Source of the DNA: Basidiobolus meristosporus CBS 931.73
Taxonomy: Eukaryota; Fungi; Basidiobolomycota
Assembly (NCBI GenBank): GCA_002104905.1
Contig: MCFE01000036.1
Coordinates: 141,584 to 205,583 of the forward strand
Length of the DNA: 64,000 nt
Direction: 5' to 3'
The position numbers were made by a program, and so were the translations under genes. Positions within the stretch are counted from its first letter, which is position 1, and every line of letters begins with the position of its first letter. Of this stretch, positions 59,396 to 64,000 are shown piece by piece. The notes under the pieces are model-generated. The model saw only the letters and a program-made list of their open reading frames with translations. It made no database searches and was not told where the DNA came from.

Positions 59396-62300
59396 ATGTC
59401 CTCAGCAGCAAGCAATCCAAACCTTTCCATGTTGGAAGAAGCCAGAAGAAATCAGGAAGAACTTACTGAACAGCTTGAAAACATCATGCTTGAAAGAAAT
59501 ACCATGATGATTGAGCACTCAAAGCTTGCCAAAACAAGATCTGATAATCACCGTAGAGATGAACTCCTTGAAGTTATATCCGGTTACCAAGATGAAATTG
59601 GAATAATTAAGGAAGCACTGGAGAATATTGCCATAGTAATTGACAGCATTGGAAATCCACCAAGCCTTGCTCTGCATCAGCCACCAAGAAGTCATGCCTT
59701 TGAATCCTCCAGATCTACATCTCCTTCTAGACCTGCCCCGGTGGTTGTCCCAAGATCCTTGCCTGTTTATGCTGAAGGCACCAATGCCATCAAGAATCCA
59801 ACTGAGTTTCTTTACAAGTTTAGTCACGTCTTAGCTGCACACCAGCTAGACCCTGACACCAACTGGGCTAGACTTCTGCCTCTCTGTCTCACAATGCAAG
59901 ATGCTGACTGGGTTGAAGTGAACATTCCTTCCAATAGTACGTGGAAAATTGCCCAAAACCTCTTTTGCAGCCATTTTGAAGATCCTCTCAAGAAAGCACA
60001 TCTGAACTGCGACTTATGGAAAACTAAAATGCAAAAAGGTGAATCTGTGCAACACTTCTGTGATAGATTCCAAAGACAAATGAGATTAGCTGGAGTTAGT
60101 GATGATAATCCATCGCTTACTGCTCATTTTCTTTCAAACTTTTCACACCAGCTACAGAGCAATATTGCTATTGTCAAAGCATGCAACCCTGCATGTACCT
60201 ATGACCAGATCTCAGAGATATGTACACTGGCAATCACCTTGACTGCAGCTGTTAGCCAGACTTCAGGCAGCTCAACCCAATACCCCACAACAGCCGGAAA
60301 AGAGACCAGTCATGTGACCAAGAAGCAGTCAACCGCTACTAAGCACTGTGAGCTTCATGGAAAATGCTATCATTCTACCAGTGAATGCAAAGGCATCACC
60401 AAGCAGTCAAACAAGTCAGGAAACACCGCAGAAAAGCAGCAAAACACCAAAACTGATAATCCATATGCTGATGACAAGTGCTTTAAATGTGGAAATAGGG
60501 GACATAGATCACCTGCCTGTCCTGAGAAGAACTCCACACCATCAGCCAAAATTACCCAGATCCTTGATGATCATTCAGCCAATGATACAATGGGGTATGA
60601 AGAAGCATATGAAGAACTTACAGTTCAAGATTATCACAACCTCTTTGAGTTTCCGGCTAAAATTGCAACTGTCCAAGAAAAGAAGCAACCAATCACACAG
60701 CTCAAAGCCATAGAAGTGCCACTCACCCTCAATGGCCAATCATACGTAGCACTACTGGATACTGGATCATCCAACTCTATTGTATCACCCAATGTAGTCA
60801 GAGAACTCAATTTGGAGATAGAAAAACGACCAGGAAAAATCATTCTTGCAGCTAAGGATCTCTCAGCCCCAAGAATTGGCATTACCAACCCAATCAACAT
60901 ACATTGTGGCTCAGTAACCATAATCCATCAGATGGAAGTGATTGACATACCAGATGGACCTCAGGTAGTCATTGGTCTGGACACCTTCACCAAACTTGGC
61001 TTTCACATAGGCGGACTACTGGTTTCCTATCCAGGAATCACTAAATCTCAGCCGCTCATAATGGATCAAATCCCAGAGATTATCTCATCCCAACCGGAAG
61101 AAGAAGAGTTAACCCCAACTTTTCAAGAATATTCTCAATCAGTCAAATTAGATATTCAGCCGGCCATAGAGAGAAATCAGGCCATTCCAAGGAACAGCTT
61201 CTGCACCATCCCAGAGTCCATTGTTACACTAGAGACCCCACCTGGTGAGTCAACATGGAGGAGGCAATACCCAATTCCGCATTCATGTCAACACTTAGTT
61301 GATGAGATAGTCCAAAATGGGCTGACAATGGGATTATCACTCAAGCCCCTGTCAACACAACATTCAACAGCCCTTTGACGCTTGCACCAAAGAAAGATGC
61401 TGATGGAAATCTAACCCTGAAGAGACCCTGTTTGGACCCCAGACCTCTGAACAAGCTTCTCCAAGATGACAAGTTTCCAATTCCAAGAATCCAAGATATC
61501 TTTTCCGCACTATCAGGAGCAAAAGTATTCTCCAAGTTGGACTTGAAGGATGCATATCACCGATTCCAGATCCATCCTGATCATCAGCATAAGACTGCCT
61601 TTACTTGGAATAATATGCAATGGATGTTTCAGGGAGCTCCCTTTGGCCTAAAGACACTTACCAGCAAGTTTCAGAGAGTCATGACTATAATACTCAAGAA
61701 TGCACCATACGCATTGGTATTTGTTGATGATGTCATCATATTCTCCACTAACCGTGATGATCATGCAACCCATGTCACTGATGTAATCAACAGACTGACA
61801 ACTGCTGGACTGATTCTCAATGCTGAAAAGTGCAGTTTTGCCCGCCTCAAAATCAATCTACTTGGATTTATAGTCACACCAGCTGGCCACCAATTAGATC
61901 CTTTCAAACTGGTCAATATCCCAGAATGGCCAAAACCCACTAGCGCCAAGCAACTTCAACATTATCTTGGAGTATTCAACTATTTCAGGGAACACATACC
62001 ACTCATGTCCTCATTGAGTGCCCCTTTAGATGCATTACGCCATAGCCCTGATCTCACCTCAGCCTGGAACAAGACTCATGACCAAGCCTTTGAGTCACTC
62101 TGCCAACTGCTTCCACAAGCACCCACCTTATCCTACCCAGACTTTACTAAGCCCTTTATTGTTGCTACGGATGCATCTAATGTTGGGTTAGGGGCAGTCC
62201 TCTATCAAGATGAAGACCAAAATCCGCCTCACTGGATCTCTTTCCAAGCCAGGTCCCTACAACCTGCTGAGAGAAACTACTCTGCTACCAAGAAGGAGCT

Positions 62301-63879
62301 ACTTGCCATAGTCTTTGCGTTGAAGAAGTTTCATCAGTATCTATGGGGTAATCCTTTTACCTTGTAAACTGACCACCAAGCCCTTGTCTATATCCACACT
62401 CAGAAGACTCTGACTCCAATGCTTACCAACTGGCTTGATACTCTACTTGATTATGAATATACAGTTATTCATTGCCCAGGAATTCTCAACATCCTTCCTG
62501 ACCACCTGTCAAGACTTTTTCCAACTTCACCTTGGGAGGGACATGTGATTACTGATGTAATCAGTAAACTCTCTACAACTTCCAAAATAATTCCTCAACT
62601 GGATTCAGCAACTTGGAAAATCCCACCTGAAGAACAAAGGAAAACATTGATACAGAGGAGTCATTTACTTGGCCACTTTGGAGCTGACACACTTATGAAG
62701 AAGCTACACTCTGATGGATATCACTGGCCAAATATCAAAGTTGACTGCTTAGAATTTGTCAAGTCGTGCAGAGAATGTCAACTTTACAATATCAGCCGCC
62801 ATGGATTTCACCCTTTGAGCCCCATCCATGCAAGCCTTCCTATGGATCATATTGCAATTGATCTAGCTGGACCTTTCACCACTAGTGATGATGGTAATCA
62901 CTACCTCTTTGTAATTGTGGATGTCTGCACACGTTTTGTCTTCCTCAAAGCTATCCCAGACAAGTATGCTGCCACTATTGCACAAGAACTATTCAAGCTC
63001 TTCTGCCTTTTTGGATTCCCTAAGGTCATTCAATTGGATAATGGAACAGAATTTGTGAATCACGTGATCAAAGCCCTTTGCCAGAATAGCGCCATTGATC
63101 ACCGTCTGATCACTCCATATCATCCCAAAGCTAATGGACTGGCTGAAAGACATGTTCAGACCTCAGTGAACATCATCAGGAAATCTATCAAAGGTATCAA
63201 GAAGAATTGGGACAAGTACGTTCCAACTGTACAGTATGCTATCAACACCAAAATTGCCGCTCTACATGGATCAACACCATTTTCCTTGATGTTTGGAAGA
63301 AGATACAACCACTTTGGAGACTACCAGAATACAGAGTTAGCAAGTTTGAATACAGATAAGCTAAAGAACCGGCTTGAGTACCTTACCAACATTGTCTACC
63401 CTGCTATCAGTGCCAGAAGTAAGGCCTCTCAGCAAAAGATGACTTCAACGTATGCCTCAAGACACAGGAACAGCAGCTTCCCAGATGGGTCATATGTCAT
63501 GACACTAGATCCAATCCGGCAATCTAAGCTTGACCCCAAGTATGAAGGACCATTCAAGGTTGTCAGACGCACTACTGGAGGATCTTATGTACTTCAGGAT
63601 AACACTGGAGCACTGCTACCCAAAAACTTTCCACCTTCTTCACTCAAACTTATTTCTCAAGACCCAGTAACTTTGGAATCCTATGAAGTTGAAGCTATTG
63701 TGGACCATGATGGAGAAGAACCAAATTGCCTTTATTTAGTCAAGTGGAAAGGCTATGATGCCAAACACAACACCTGGGAACCTTACACCAACTTTGATGA
63801 TGTTGCCATTATTGATCAGTATTGGAGCCGCAGAGGAACCCAGAAGGTATCAAAAAACTCCTCTTCCGGAAGGAAGTGA
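59396..63879 (+). pseudogene. Chromovirus gag-pol polyprotein broken by one frameshift (~61315) and one stop (62365-62367)
   Basis: CFKCGNRGHRSPAC knuckle; ALLDTGSSNS protease; FVDDVIIFS RT; VATDASNVGLGAVL RNase H; IAIDLAGPF / DNGTEF integrase; YEVEAIVDH...YLVKWKGYDAKHNTWEP chromodomain. Confidence 0.95.
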
Positions 63880-64000
63880 TGTTGTGCATCAACATTTAAA
63901 ACTTAGCCAATTTTACTCCGTTTGAAAATCTAGTACCCTAACTGATTTTCCCTAACCCAAACATAACAAATCCCAGTTACAGTTTATTTTATCCCACCTC
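63880..64000 (+). repeat. Chromovirus 3' LTR (partial)
   Basis: Identical to 58658-58778. Confidence 0.97.

Larger units (their letters stand above)
58658..64000 (+). mobile_element. Ty3/gypsy chromovirus; 3' LTR runs off the window
   Basis: 5' LTR 58658-59354 (TGTTG...TACAACA). 3' LTR starts at 63880 and is identical over the 121 visible bp. PPT-like GGAAGGAAGTGA at 63868-63879. Domain order is gag-PR-RT-RH-IN-chromodomain. Confidence 0.98.

Overview
Fungal nuclear DNA, most likely an early-diverging lineage such as Zoopagomycota or Mucoromycota. This is inferred from short GT-AG introns with CTAAC-like branch points and from genes such as FERRY3 and an animal-type SPT small subunit. The window has three parts. 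(1) 1-6.2 kb: a decayed Ty1/copia element on the minus strand. Its 3' LTR holds a 738-bp foldback element, and a 1071-bp solo LTR interrupts its RNase H region. (2) 6.8-56.9 kb: a compact island of about 21 mostly housekeeping genes (UNC-93-like, ELF1, TDP1, RAC1, RPL21, RPS9, ssSPT, FERRY3-like, STE50, PRP4, LRG1, ATP1, NVJ2, YCG1, TAZ1, Sds3-like, ABHD11-like, mL50, RPC1, LAM/GRAM-VASt, TFC6). It is bracketed exactly by two inverted, about 98%-identical copies of an intronless, bacterial-looking SDR gene. (3) 57.2-64 kb: stacked solo LTRs and a young chromovirus. The most notable observations are the inverted SDR pair bounding the island, a candidate poison exon in the RPS9 intron, the foldback in the copia U3, and a candidate self-priming PBS in the chromovirus. 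Splice sites and counts were read by eye, and no database searches were run.
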